Of a stretch of 64,000 nucleotides of DNA, positions 45,011 through 56,627 are shown in pieces. Below the pieces are notes generated by a model that saw only the letters and a list, made by a program, of their open reading frames with translations, searched no databases and was not told where the DNA came from. Origin of the DNA: an uncultured Chloroflexia bacterium (GTDB lineage: Bacteria; Chloroflexota; Ktedonobacteria; Ktedonobacterales; Ktedonobacteraceae); assembly GCA_963727755.1 (NCBI GenBank), contig CAVSHN010000008.1, positions 541,156 through 605,155 of the forward strand. Reading direction: 5' to 3'. Made by a program: the position numbers and the translations under genes. The number at the start of each line of letters is the position of its first letter. Position 1 is the first letter of the stretch.

Positions 45011-46579
45011 GACGCTTCTGCCCTGAAATTCACCGATGAATTAGCCTCGAGTTGTCGAGACGATGCCATTGGATTCAAACCTGCGTCCGGTACGTTGGAA
45101 GGAAGCATGTTCTCACCCATTTGGGACGATGGAGCCCAAGAGTAATCATGGAATTGAGAAGGCGCTTTTGCACGGGAGCAAGCCGGAACATCAGCTTTTT
45201 CCATCCTTAAGCTTTGAGATATTGTATCCGAATACATTTGATGAGGAGCAGTCATGCTGATCTCATCCCACTGTCTATTGCCATAGGGTCTTTGTCGCAT
45301 TCCACCGCCGTATCTCCTCCCTCCATTGCCAAAGGGCATTTGTCGCATTTCATCGTTGTATCCCCTCCTCTGTTCACGGTCCCTTGCTTCAGATGCAATA
45401 CGGGCGGCTCTTTGTACCTCACTGGAGGAAGCAGAGCCATCAGCTCGTCCCCACGATAAGCGTAGAGGCGCCGTGCAGAAATTTTTAATTGCAGTAACTC
45501 GTCTCCTGCAGGAGCTTGTAAGTCTCGCCAAATCGTCATATATAGGCTCTCTCAATGCCCATAATATAGTTCCACCTAATAATAATCCAATAGACGCGAA
45601 TGACTTTGGCCAGTCTACATTTCTACCGTTTTCACAATGAGATATGCCCAATGCATCTTTACAACAATTGTAGTAATGGACCAGATATTCGCCTTTGCGA
45701 TATGCCTCATAGGATCTATACGGCTTACAATACTCCTCAACTTGAGGGTATTGAGACTTTCCAACCTCCTTATTCTTTTCAAAACTCTTACTGTCTTCCA
45801 CAACTCCCTCATCATCTATTAAATTTTTATTTTGCTTACTAATCTTTTTATCGTTAATCTCCCCTTTGAGGCGCTTCCAAGCCTCTGGATTTTCCTTGAG
45901 ATAGTCAACTAAAGACTTAACAACCTCCCCTGGAACCTCTGTCCTTTTGCTCTCGCGATGCTCTTGTGATGGAGTCTCCATTGCGGATTCGAGCAGCCTT
46001 CTCACTAGGTGTTATCTTCTTTGAGTGGAGGTCAGGAGGGGTCTTTTCGCTAGGTGTTTCCTGACCCTCTCCTTGATGCAAGCCCTTGGAAGCTTGCTCA
46101 CCTTCTCTGGCGGCCCATTTATCAATATCTTCAGCCAAGTGAGGCCATAGCTTACGTAACGGCGAGTCCTCGTTGGGAACTCCCAAGTTTTTATTTGTCC
46201 CATCTGGATCAGATGACCCTGCGGTATCCTGGGATAATTTCCTCTCTGGCAGTCCCTCAATGCAGTTGGCTCGCTGATCGGGCGCTACTTGAAAAGAAGG
46301 TCTTTGATCCGTTAGACCTTTGCTGTCCATCGGAACAAGAGCAGAGCCAGAAGCTTCAGGCGTTGAGACACCCTCGACACAACTTATCCCCGAAAAAGCT
46401 ACTTGGACAGCCAGAGCAGCCACGCCAAGACGGTACGCTCCTGCGAATGCAACACCTATATACTTCTGCATTTTATCAAAATCGGTATCGCATCCATCTT
46501 TTGAATTTGCTTTCTCGCTAGACTTTGATTCATGTTCACTATTTACGTCTCCTGACATCCTTATTTCTTCGAATCCCAT
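44959..46579 (-). CDS. Paralog of cassette gene 2, frame interrupted
   Basis: ORF 45917..46579 is about 75% identical to the N-terminus of the 553-aa protein. ORF 44959..46005 aligns to its central helical repeats (LKENPEAWKRLKGEINDK versus LKEHPEARKCLQMVQNDK). The frames meet near 45960-46010. Confidence 0.4.
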
Positions 46580-47078
46580 TTTTACGCTCCTTTTACTTTT
46601 AACAGATATTCAAACTCTTTCAAACTCATTCAATCTCGTTCAGGCGAGACGCTTCACACCGTTTTTCAAAATCAACACAATACATTGGCTCAGAGCTGGT
46701 ATGGGCAATGGCAGTCTCTCTCCATGATGTTGACAACTCACGGTCAAGAGATCACGCCTCCTGCCATTCCCTCAACTGGAGAACTGTTCGGCTGTGCCCT
46801 CGACTCTCATACTCAGCAACAGCCCTAGCTTTCATCATACCTTCATCACTGCATGCTTGCCAAGATGACAAAGAGGTGACATTGTCATGTAGATCATCGA
46901 CAAAGCCAGACAGGTGAGGTTGATCTTCTTGCGTGGAGATTGCCCACGGGAAGCGGGAACGATAAATGAAACTGATGGAAATTCTGAGGAGTATTGGTCA
47001 AAGCACCCGCTTGCCTAACGCCAGCGGGCGCAATAAATCGGGTATGCGCCGCAAATCTTATGCGCGTTTTCCCCCTGA

Positions 47079-48459
47079 TCAATCATAGCTACGACGATTG
47101 TTGCTACGATTACTAAAGTTGCCAACGAGATGAGGTGCAACACCCCCTTTTTCCAGAGCATTACGCAATTCACGTAGATCTGTATCTCCATTGACGGCAA
47201 GCATACCGGGGGCAAGCTGGCGGATACCAAATTCCTGAAGCTTGGCAGATGCAGATAACTGAGCTATCGCCTCTTCACTCGACACTTTCGAGCAGCAGAA
47301 CCTGCGAGATACGTGTCTCTTTGTATTGCCGAGCCCAATCTCGCAGCGTATAAACAACATTCTGGGGCAATTCCTTATGACTATTTTCCTCTAGAACCTG
47401 GATAATCCGCTCAACAGTGTAACCAGCGGCCATGCCACGCAAGAGGGATGCTTTCGTCAGTGTTAAACGGCTAGCTGCCGCAATCTGATTGACCTGAACA
47501 AAAGGCAGTACACTATATAACGTTGGCAGGTGAGAGTGCAAGAGTAGCAATTCGAAGCTAGGCTGGACAATTAGGAAGCGTTGTGTGCCATTTCCATTAT
47601 CCGTCTGTTGGCTAACTTTAGTATGCTGTTCAGATGTTGGGAGCACGGTCGCGGCCAGTTCACTAAGCATAAAAGTATCAGGATTTCGATATTTTTCCTC
47701 AGTAGGAGCAATCTGATAACCTAGGCTCACGATCCCCAAGTCACGCAATGAGCTATCAAGCATACCAACATAAAATTGGCCATCGCTCTTCATCCATTTG
47801 TGGCGAGCATCTTTGTCATTGCGCAGGCGTTTTTTCGCTGACGACCCACGGCGCATCGCCTCAGGATTTTTCTCCCATAGTTCCTCTAGGAGAGAATCGA
47901 CCCTATACCACTTGTCTGGTATACAAGTACACAACTGTTCTAGTAAGACCTGACGCCCTTTACGTATATCCAAGTCATAAAGGTAGGAATACGAGTCCCA
48001 GGGATCATATTCTGCTCTAGCTACGTCTATAATGTGCTTGTTATGGCTCCATTCTTTTAGTAACAGCTTCATCTGCCCAACTATATCCAGACGGGACCAA
48101 GATATCAATTGGGAACCAGGGTCAATGCATGGCTTCATATCGCTAAAGGGCGGCTCGGTACGTTGCAGGACATGCATATTGATCAGCAAATCAAAGAGCA
48201 TGTCAGTATAATTATCTGTGCCATTATAGTCCAAACGAGGCTGTCCTTTAAGTTGTGGACGTAGCTTATTAACTATACGCTTGGGAATGTGCCCGGCCTG
48301 TGTCGGTTCAATCTTCTGCTGATAAACGGCATTGACTATTACTGCCACATCGTAAATTATTGCTGGCTCAGCAGCATACTCGACTGGTGGTGCTGTTTCA
48401 AGTATTTTTAACATCCTTCTCCTCAGGTTGGTATGTTTCAAGATAACGGATAACCTCAC
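47079..48459 (-). CDS. Hypothetical protein, possibly frame-interrupted near 47300
   Basis: ORFs 47275..48459 and 47079..47360 look like one gene. The start may be the internal MLKILET at about 48414. No confident family. Confidence 0.3.
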
Positions 48460-49300
48460 GTGTCAGTTGACTCGGTGTAGAGGCTCCAGCAGTCACCGCA
48501 ACGCGCTTCTTACCCTTAAGCCATTGTGGATCTAATTGCGATAGATCCTCGATACGCTTTGCTGGCACATTAGCCAACTCTTCAGAGACTTGCACCAGAC
48601 GATTGGTATTATTGCTACGTGGATCACCAACCACGATAGTCAAGTCAGCACCTCTGGCTTGCTCTGCCACAGCTTCCTGACGAATTTGAGTGGCAGGACA
48701 GATATCGATATGGATCTCAGCGTGTGGGTAGCACTGCTTGATATACTGAACCATGCGATGGGTATCCCATTGAGAGAGTGTGGTCTGGGTAGAGACTGCA
48801 ATTTTCTGCTTCTGCTCGGTTGTCAATTGCAATGCATCGACATCAGCTTCATTCTCAATAAGGCTGATATGACCAGGAACCTCCCCAATCACCCCTTCCG
48901 GCTCAGGATGCCCCCTCTTGCCGATATAGAGAATATAATAACCCTGAGCAACGAGATGACTAACAAGTTCATGCGTTTTGGTGACATCGGGGCAAGTAGC
49001 GTCAATGCACATCAGACCACGTTCCTTAGCCCGGTGCCTAATCTCAGGAGAGACACCGTGCGCCGTAAAAATAACAGTGCCACTCTTGACCTCTTCAAGA
49101 ATGGTTGCCCGGTTGAGACCATCCAGGGTAATAACGCCCAGACTGGTCAGTTCATTAATTGCATGACGATTATGGACAATCTGTCCAATAATATAAATCG
49201 GGCGAGGCAATGCTAGGTCCTTAGCCCCTTTACGGGCTATAGTGAGAGCATCAACAACGCCATAACAGTAACCACGCGGCGATATTCTAATGACTTCCAT
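48398..49300 (-). CDS. ispH: 4-hydroxy-3-methylbut-2-enyl diphosphate reductase
   Basis: 300 aa, LytB family throughout, with three conserved Cys (CYGV, TAHG, DATCP). Confidence 0.9.
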   Translation of the reverse strand: MEVIRISPRGYCYGVVDALTIARKGAKDLALPRPIYIIGQIVHNRHAINELTSLGVITLDGLNRATILEEVKSGTVIFTAHGVSPEIRHRAKERGLMCIDATCPDVTKTHELVSHLVAQGYYILYIGKRGHPEPEGVIGEVPGHISLIENEADVDALQLTTEQKQKIAVSTQTTLSQWDTHRMVQYIKQCYPHAEIHIDICPATQIRQEAVAEQARGADLTIVVGDPRSNNTNRLVQVSEELANVPAKRIEDLSQLDPQWLKGKKRVAVTAGASTPSQLTREVIRYLETYQPEEKDVKNT

Positions 49301-49536
49301 CTGAATCCTTGTTTTCCCTCGCCAGTTGCACTTTTCATATGATCATAAAGCCTATAGAACATGAATGTCAAGCATTTTTCAAGCCATACTGGCGTTCTGA
49401 TATAAGCTTGGCCCGAGCACAATCATGTTGCTCAACATCTAGTAGCAATCAGCCCTACGCCTCGATCTTAAATGGGTCCCATCCCTTATATCAAAACATC
49501 AGTTTGGGCATACGCCAAGCTCCAGTGCTGTGGAAG

Positions 49537-49884
49537 TCACACTTGCAAGGACTTCCTAGATCGCTTTTGCCTTTTCCCACCATCTTTCTTAACTGGAGAG
49601 TCACTAAGCGCACGAAGTACCGCTTCAGGTTCGCGGTCAATCACCTTGAGGAAAGCCTGTGCAGGACCAGAAGGCACCGCTCGTCCTTGTTCCCATTCTT
49701 GCACAGTGCGAACACTTACACCAAAATGAGCCGCAAATTGGCTCTGGCTCATCCCAATTTTTTCACGAATGCGTGCTGTATCAATTTCAGGAGGGATATG
49801 GACGACACAGCCATTGTCCTCACCACGAGCGAAGGCTAGAGCTTCATTTACGCTATCGATCAAGCTTTGCCCAAAACTAGTCAT
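49537..49884 (-). CDS. HigA/XRE-type HTH antitoxin
   Basis: HTH (IREKIGMSQSQFAAHFGVSVRTVQEWEQGRAVPSGPAQAFLKV). Its ATG overlaps the stop of the upstream toxin remnant (ATGA). Confidence 0.65.
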   Translation of the reverse strand: MTSFGQSLIDSVNEALAFARGEDNGCVVHIPPEIDTARIREKIGMSQSQFAAHFGVSVRTVQEWEQGRAVPSGPAQAFLKVIDREPEAVLRALSDSPVKKDGGKRQKRSRKSLQV

Positions 49885-50130
49885 GATTTATTTCTCCTTC
49901 GATATGTGTCAGCAAGCGCGGCAAGCGTTACCTTCAACTCATTCCGTTCCGCTTGTGTTATATCAGCTCTCTCGTTTTTTGCAATTACGCGCTCCCCCTG
50001 TTCCCTTAATCTCATCCCCAGCATCAGGGTTAGCTGCTACAAAATTCACAATTTCATCGTGCTCTTCATCGGACATCCCAAGCAATTTTACATCTCGCTG
50101 AAAGCGATCCGTTTCAACAACCGTTTGCAT
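49882..50130 (-). pseudogene. Remnant of a HigB/RelE-like toxin (DUF1044 type), truncated and frame-shifted
   Basis: MQTVVETDRFQRDVKLLGMSDEEHDEIVNFVAANPDAGDEIKGTGGAR, then after an A6 run (plus-strand T6 49975-49980) IAKNERADITQAERNELKVTLAALADTYRR. The central toxin core is absent. Confidence 0.4.
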
Positions 50131-50263
50131 ATTCTAACTATACGTATCTAACGTACATTTGTCAAGTGGAAATAGAGAAAATGGTATGCACTGTATTTTT
50201 TCCTGAGTGGATTGTTGACCTTTCATGCCTAGTCCCGTAGAATGAGAGAAAAAATCAAACCAT

Positions 50264-51091
50264 GTGAGGATATCAATGCCATACGCGATCGGAGAATACT
50301 ACGAGCATATCAGTGATTACGACCTACAATACCAGAGCCAATCGGAACAGGACCTACCTTTCTGGCGCGAACTAGTCATGCGCTACACACCTGGACGCGT
50401 GCTTGAACTAGCCTGTGGCAGCGGTCGCATCGGACTCGATCTGCTCAAAAGTCCCGGCAACTTCCACCTGGAAGGTCTGGACATCGAACCAGACATGCTT
50501 GCTGCCTACCAGAGTAAATTGGAGCGCGAGCCAGCACCATTACAACAACGAGTCACCCTTCACCAAAGTGACATGTGTTCCTATGAGCTTGAGCATAAAG
50601 GCAAGTTCGATCTGATCCTTTTACCATTTAACTCAATCTCACACCTCCACGAAATTGAGCAACAATTCGCAGCATTTCACGCGACCTATGACCATTTAGC
50701 GCACGGGGGCCGCTTCATCGTTGATACATTTCTACCCGACATCGATTATTTAAGTGATGCCTTAAATCGTCCATCACACGTCTATTTAGAGGACGAAATC
50801 GAGTCTCCAGATGGAGATTTTACTATGCTCATCTATACAACCCGCAAGTATGACCCTTTCGAGCAAACACAACATATTAGCTGGGTCCATGAGAAATTCT
50901 TCCAAAACGGAGCAAATGAGCGTTACCTGAGCAAGCTAGACATGCACAATTTCTTTCCACGCGAACTACAGCTGCTTTTCCTGGCAACTGGCTTCCGCAT
51001 CGAAGCCATTTATGGTGACTATCAATGGCAGCCCTTTGGCCAAGGATTGCGGCAGATCGTCATTGGTCGTAAGCCAATCAATAATAGTTGA
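50264..51091 (+). CDS. Class I SAM-dependent methyltransferase
   Basis: Motif I VLELACGSGRIG and post-I DLILLPFNSISHL. Confidence 0.7.
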   Translation: MRISMPYAIGEYYEHISDYDLQYQSQSEQDLPFWRELVMRYTPGRVLELACGSGRIGLDLLKSPGNFHLEGLDIEPDMLAAYQSKLEREPAPLQQRVTLHQSDMCSYELEHKGKFDLILLPFNSISHLHEIEQQFAAFHATYDHLAHGGRFIVDTFLPDIDYLSDALNRPSHVYLEDEIESPDGDFTMLIYTTRKYDPFEQTQHISWVHEKFFQNGANERYLSKLDMHNFFPRELQLLFLATGFRIEAIYGDYQWQPFGQGLRQIVIGRKPINNS

Positions 51092-51195
51092 CTCTAGCCT
51101 GCCTCAGTGCTAAAATATATCCTAGTTAATAGGTCGGATTAAATAAGTGTCAATTACGTACGTTTGCAGACAAACAAGAAGGCAGAGATCGAATG

Positions 51196-51753
51196 ATGTT
51201 ACGTGTATCTACAAAAGGCGAATATGGTGTTCGGATCATGGTTGATCTGGCTCGTCATTACGATGGCCGTCCTCGATCTCTCACAGATATTTCGCAGGCA
51301 GAGATGTTGCCGCTAGCATACCTAGAGCAGCTGATGAAACTGCTACGGGAGGCTGAGCCGCCTCTAGTCATCAGCACACGTGGTGCTCATGGTGGCTACA
51401 AGTTGAGCCGTAGCCCAGCACAAATTACAATGGGAGAAGTTATTCGTGCTCTGGAGGGCCCCATTTCTCCTATGATCTGTGCAACGGAAGGCGAGATGGT
51501 ACAAACCTGCAACTTCCTTGACTCATGCAAAACAAAATATCTCTGGGCACGCGTACGTGACGCCGTTGCTCAAACTCTCGACTCTATTACACTAGCGGAT
51601 TTGGCAGTAGTATCGGATGATCACCATCCTTCTACTCATTTCATCGCAGTTTCTACTATTCATGTCGCTACATCTCCTAAGGGAGAGCACCTACAGGCAC
51701 AGCCAGCAACACTGCCAAATAGCAGTCCAGCAGAGGCTAGCTCTTTAAATTAA
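51196..51753 (+). CDS. Rrf2-family transcriptional regulator (IscR/SufR-like) heading the suf operon
   Basis: Rrf2 HTH (MLRVSTKGEYGVRIMVDLA) and conserved Cys (ICATEGEMVQTC...C). Confidence 0.75.
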   Translation: MLRVSTKGEYGVRIMVDLARHYDGRPRSLTDISQAEMLPLAYLEQLMKLLREAEPPLVISTRGAHGGYKLSRSPAQITMGEVIRALEGPISPMICATEGEMVQTCNFLDSCKTKYLWARVRDAVAQTLDSITLADLAVVSDDHHPSTHFIAVSTIHVATSPKGEHLQAQPATLPNSSPAEASSLN

Positions 51754-51831
51754 AGAGCGCTATTTACTCACAAAAGGGCGATCAGGACTTCGCTCTTGAT
51801 CATCAAATCAAAAGGAAGGTATGTTTGGATA

Positions 51832-52656
51832 ATGACATCTGAACTTGTAATTAAAAATCTTCATGCCAATATTGAAGGCAAACCGATTTTGCGCGGTGTG
51901 GACCTAACCGTCAAGCAGGGTGAAATTCATGCACTGATGGGTCCTAACGGCTCAGGCAAAAGCACATTAGCCAACGTCATCATGGGTAACCCCAAATATG
52001 AAGTTACCGAAGGTGAGATCTGGTTTAAGGGTGAGAATATTCTCGAATATGCACCAGATCGTCGTGCTCGTATGCGCCTGTTCCTAGCATTTCAGTACCC
52101 TATGTCTATCCCAGGTGTAAGCGTAGCCAACTTCCTACGCCGCTCTCTGGAGGCTGTACGCGAAGGAAACAAATCTCTTGAAGAGGGTGAGAACCCCTCC
52201 GGCAAGATGACCAAGCGTAAGACAGTTCCTCCCGGTGAGTTCCGTAAACTCTTGCAGGAGAAGATGCGCTTGCTCAAAGTCGACAACAGTTTCATTAACC
52301 GTTCCATCAATGATGGCTTCTCTGGTGGTGAGAAAAAGCGTGCGGAAATCTTGCAGATGGCACTCCTAGAGCCTGAAATCGCGCTAATGGACGAGACCGA
52401 CTCTGGCCTAGATATTGACGCGCTACGTATCGTATCTGAAAGTGTCAATGCTTTGACTGGTCCTAACCTAGGTATTTTGCTGATCACTCACTACCAGCGC
52501 ATGCTCAACTACATCACGCCTGATTACGTCCATGTGATGTTTAACGGTCGCGTTATCAAATCGGGAGGCAAAGAACTGGCCCTCGAGTTGGAAGAGAAAG
52601 GCTACGAATGGCTCAAGCCTGCAAACGAAGAGAGTGGAGTAAGTGCCGATGTCTGA
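51832..52656 (+). CDS. sufC: Fe-S cluster assembly ATPase SufC
   Basis: Walker [13 protein letters not shown] signature FSGGEKKR, Walker [16 protein letters not shown] at 51832 after AAAGGAAGG. Confidence 0.85.
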   Translation: MTSELVIKNLHANIEGKPILRGVDLTVKQGEIHALMGPNGSGKSTLANVIMGNPKYEVTEGEIWFKGENILEYAPDRRARMRLFLAFQYPMSIPGVSVANFLRRSLEAVREGNKSLEEGENPSGKMTKRKTVPPGEFRKLLQEKMRLLKVDNSFINRSINDGFSGGEKKRAEILQMALLEPEIALMDETDSGLDIDALRIVSESVNALTGPNLGILLITHYQRMLNYITPDYVHVMFNGRVIKSGGKELALELEEKGYEWLKPANEESGVSADV

Positions 52657-53968
52657 ATCTAAATCCCAATCCAACGTTTTGGCTCCAAGATTCTCGCGGG
52701 CTGCGGTAGAGGAACTCTCACGTCTAAAGGGAGAGCCCGATTGGATGTTGCAGTTGCGCTTACATGCCTGGGAGACCTATGAAAACACTCCAGCGCCACT
52801 AGGTCGGCGCGGTGACCTAGGTACCCAGCGCACTGTTGCCAACTTCAAGTTCGAAAACCTGAACGCATTGACCCCGTCGTCCAGCTCAGTTCTGCCTACT
52901 GCTATCGAGCAATCATTAGCATCTGCGCTAATCAACGAGCGTTCGGGTCTGCTCGTCCAACTCAATGCCAACGTCGTACGCAACGAATTGCGTGAAGATC
53001 TTAAGCAGCAAGGAGTGATCTTAGTCAACCTGGATACAGCTGTCCGTGAGTATCCCGAACTAGTGCAGAAATATTTTATGACCGAGTGTGTGCCCATAGC
53101 AACCAGCAAGTACACTGCATTACATGCAGCATTCTGGACTGATGGTTTCTTCCTCTATGTGCCACAGGGTGTCGAGATTGAAGAGCCGATCCTAGCCCAA
53201 GTCTGGCTAGACACACCTCTATCTGCTACATTCTCGCACACGCTGATCATTGCAGAACCGCAAAGTAGTGTGCGCTTCGTCCAAGAGTACAATTCGCTCG
53301 TTGCAGGCGACGACCCTGCTCTACTGAGCGATGTAGTTGAGATCTATGCTAACCGTGAGGCACGTGTTGAGTTCAGCAATATGCAGGATCTCGGCCAGAA
53401 TATCTGGAACATTACTAATAAGAATGCCATTCACCAGAATGATGCCAGTGTAACCTTTGTGATCGCCGACCTAGGTAGCGCAGTTAATCTAGAAACCATC
53501 GGTGCTGATTTGCAAGGCAATGGTACAGCGGCAGAACTCGTCGGTATCTTTTTCACCGATCACAATCAGCGCTACGTGATCAAATCTCTCTCAGACCACA
53601 TTGGCCTCTCTACCAACGCTGAGACGATGGTTAAAGGCGTGCTTACCGACGAGTCACGTGTAGAATTCGATGGTATGATCCGCATTCGTCCAAAAGCCCA
53701 GCAGACAGCCTCATTCTTATCAGCACACGGCCTATTGCTGAGCAAGAAGGCACGTGGTGAGTTCATCCCTGGCCTAGAGATCGCGGCCAACGAAGTCAGT
53801 GCCAGCCACGGTGCGACTTCGGGTCAGATTGACGAGGAGCAACTCTTCTACCTGATGGTACGTGGCATTCCACGTCCTGAGGCCGAGCGCATCATCGTAC
53901 AAGGCTTCTTTCGAGCCAGTTCTACAGCGCATCCCATTGGAAAGTCTGCGAACTCGGTTGCGCCGTAG
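52643..53968 (+). CDS. sufD: Fe-S cluster assembly protein SufD (SufB/D family)
   Basis: C-terminal beta-helix signature ([36 protein letters not shown]). NLLLS rather than LLLD favours SufD over SufB. Confidence 0.7.
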   Translation: MPMSESKSQSNVLAPRFSRAAVEELSRLKGEPDWMLQLRLHAWETYENTPAPLGRRGDLGTQRTVANFKFENLNALTPSSSSVLPTAIEQSLASALINERSGLLVQLNANVVRNELREDLKQQGVILVNLDTAVREYPELVQKYFMTECVPIATSKYTALHAAFWTDGFFLYVPQGVEIEEPILAQVWLDTPLSATFSHTLIIAEPQSSVRFVQEYNSLVAGDDPALLSDVVEIYANREARVEFSNMQDLGQNIWNITNKNAIHQNDASVTFVIADLGSAVNLETIGADLQGNGTAAELVGIFFTDHNQRYVIKSLSDHIGLSTNAETMVKGVLTDESRVEFDGMIRIRPKAQQTASFLSAHGLLLSKKARGEFIPGLEIAANEVSASHGATSGQIDEEQLFYLMVRGIPRPEAERIIVQGFFRASSTAHPIGKSANSVAP

Positions 53969-54238
53969 CATCGTACATCGCATGAGCGGTGGCTATGAGA
54001 CCGAAGCCAACATCTGGATTGACGCCCAAGAACGCTGGGAAATTGAAGGAGTCGACGAGGGAGCAGTCCATCTGGACGATAGCACGAAAGCAAACGAAGA
54101 GATCAAACTCACAGAATATTAAGGAGCGCACTCTCCCTCTTAAATAGAGGGAGAAAAAGGGCATTATACCATTGCAGATGAATGTGGCTTATGCTATACT
54201 CCTCCTAAACCTACATCAATGCAAACAAATGGGGGAAG

Positions 54239-55213
54239 ATGGCATTGGCAAATTCTACACACAATGATCCACAACCATACGATAGTCTCGTAAAGCATCT
54301 TTTTCGTAGTGAAGCAAAGGAGATCATTCCACTACTGCTGCAAGGAGCGGAAGTACTCAGCGATCAAAACATCGAAATTGACCGCAGCACCTTAAAAGTG
54401 GATCTAGCACTCAAAATTCTCTATTGGAGAGAATTAGCTATTCTCCATTTCGAGGCGCAAAGCGACGAGGATGAGGATATGGAGAAACGGATGAGCATCT
54501 ATAATGCAGGCCTGCACAGCACATACGGCCTACCAGTCATCTCCATCCTGCTCTACCTGTTCAAATGTGCAACAGTGGAACCACCCTACCATGTGACATG
54601 CGCTGGCCGCAAATGCTCATCGTGCTACTATGAGGTGATTCGCCTTTGGGAGGTAGATCCACAGCCATATATCAATCGTCATACTGTTCCACTCTACGTG
54701 CTGCTACCCGGAATGAAGAAGCCATCGGTTGCTCTTCTCAAACAAGCAATCAAGGAAATTACCGAGTACTACGACGAGAGGCGTGCAGTAGAGCGACTCA
54801 TCCAATTTGGCGTAATGCTCAAACGGACGACGACCGTCTCAGCATCAAATAAGAAAAAGATTCAGGAGGCACTCAACATGTATTCACCGTATCGAAATTT
54901 CATAAAACAAAATCCTGACGTTGAGCAGATTGCAAAGGAAAAAGAGATGGAAGGTGAGATCAAAGGCAAGGTTAATTCGATTTTAAAGATTCTAACCTTT
55001 CGTTTTCCGAATGACATGCTCATCGATCTCGCTAAACAAGCTCTAGGCGACATTCAAGACATCCAAGTCCTTGATCAACTTGAATTTGAGGCTCTTAGTT
55101 CTCCAGATAAACAATATATACACAAGCGGCTGGACAAGTATTTGCCTCAAAACAAAACTAAAAGCACTGTAGAAGGTGACTCAGAGAGTAGTACAGAAAG
55201 TGAGACTGAATAA
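54239..55213 (+). CDS. Rpn-family PD-(D/E)XK recombination-promoting nuclease / putative transposase with a C-terminal DUF4351-like region
   Basis: N-terminal pattern (YDSLVKHLF, ILHFEAQSDED, LPVISILLY, YEVIRLWEVD) and C-terminal ILKILTFRFPNDMLIDLAKQALGDIQ match this family. It lies inside the suf operon. Confidence 0.55.
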   Translation: MALANSTHNDPQPYDSLVKHLFRSEAKEIIPLLLQGAEVLSDQNIEIDRSTLKVDLALKILYWRELAILHFEAQSDEDEDMEKRMSIYNAGLHSTYGLPVISILLYLFKCATVEPPYHVTCAGRKCSSCYYEVIRLWEVDPQPYINRHTVPLYVLLPGMKKPSVALLKQAIKEITEYYDERRAVERLIQFGVMLKRTTTVSASNKKKIQEALNMYSPYRNFIKQNPDVEQIAKEKEMEGEIKGKVNSILKILTFRFPNDMLIDLAKQALGDIQDIQVLDQLEFEALSSPDKQYIHKRLDKYLPQNKTKSTVEGDSESSTESETE

Positions 55214-55225
55214 GTAGAACAAACT

Positions 55226-56594
55226 ATGGCTACATTTGACAACACATTACACATCGCACAAACCAAACCCATCATGCGCCCCACCGAGGAGATCCGCAAG
55301 GATTTCCCTATTCTCTCACATAAGGTGCATGGCAAGCCACTGGTGTACTTAGATAGTACGGCCAGTTCGCAGAAGCCCACAGTTGTGCTTGAAACGATGG
55401 AGCACTACTACCGAACCTACAATGCCAACATCCATCGCGGCGTCTACCACATAAGTGAAGAGGCGACAGCCGCAATGGACAAGGCGCGTGTGAAAATCGC
55501 TCGTTTCATCAAGGCACGCCAGAGCAAGCAAATCATCTTCACGCGCAACACGACCGAGAGTATCAACCTTGTGGCCTATAGCTGGGGGGATGCAAACATT
55601 CATGCTGGCGACTTGATTGTACTGACCGAGATGGAACATCACAGCAATCTTGTCCCCTGGCAACTGCTAGCTCAGCGTACAGGTGCCCATCTAGAATTTA
55701 TCCCGGTAAGTGATGAGGGCCTATTGCGTCTAGACATCTATCAGGAAGTCTTGCAACGGCAGCCAAAATTGGTAGCGTTTACCCACATGTCCAATGTCCT
55801 GGGAACAATCAATCCCGCCAAAGAGATGATCGCACAGGCGCATGCAGCGGGAGCCACAGTACTGCTAGATGCAGCCCAGAGTGTGCCTCACTTACCAGTC
55901 AATGTAGAGGATCTCGACGTCGATTTCCTGGCTTTCAGTGGACATAAGATGCTTGGTCCTACAGGTATTGGTGTCCTTTATGGCAAACGAGCATTATTAG
56001 AAGCCATGCCTCCATTTATGGGCGGTGGCGACATGATCCGCACGGTACACCTGCGCGAATTCTACTTGGAACGATCTACCATGGAAATTTGAGGCCGGAA
56101 CACCAGCCATTGCTGAGGCTATTGGTCTGGGAGTTGCGGTAGATTATTTGAATGAGTTATTGCAGTATCCTCCAACGGACCAAAGAGAAAACCCAACAGA
56201 CATGGGCAATCCCAACGGAGCAAAGCTCAACATGTCAAGCAATCTTGTATCGAGCATGGCAGCGGTACAACAACACGAGAGTGAGATAACAGCCTATGCC
56301 ATGGAGCAGTTACAAGCAATTGCTGGCTTGAAAATCTATGGACCCGATGCCAACCAACGTGGCGGAGTCATCTCTTTCACACTAGATGATATCCACCCAC
56401 ACGATCTGGCCTCGATCCTAGACCAAGAAGTGGGTGTAGCAATCCGTGCTGGCCATCATTGCGCCCAACCCTTGATGGACCGATTTGGGCTAGCCGCAAC
56501 GGCCCGTGCCAGCTTCTATATCTACACACTTCCAGCAGAAATTGATATACTAGTACAGGGATTACGCAAGGCACAAGAAATCTTTCGTTTCTAG
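55226..56594 (+). CDS. sufS: Cysteine desulfurase SufS, frame interrupted
   Basis: PLP Lys in FSGHKMLGPTGIG and catalytic Cys in RAGHHCAQP. ORFs 55226..56092 and 56148..56594 join at about 56063-56067 (REF then TWNDLPWKFEAGTP). About a 40-aa insertion follows DYLNEL. Confidence 0.85.
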
Positions 56595-56627
56595 TGCTCA
56601 TATCACATTAGCGAGGTCAATTTTGTC

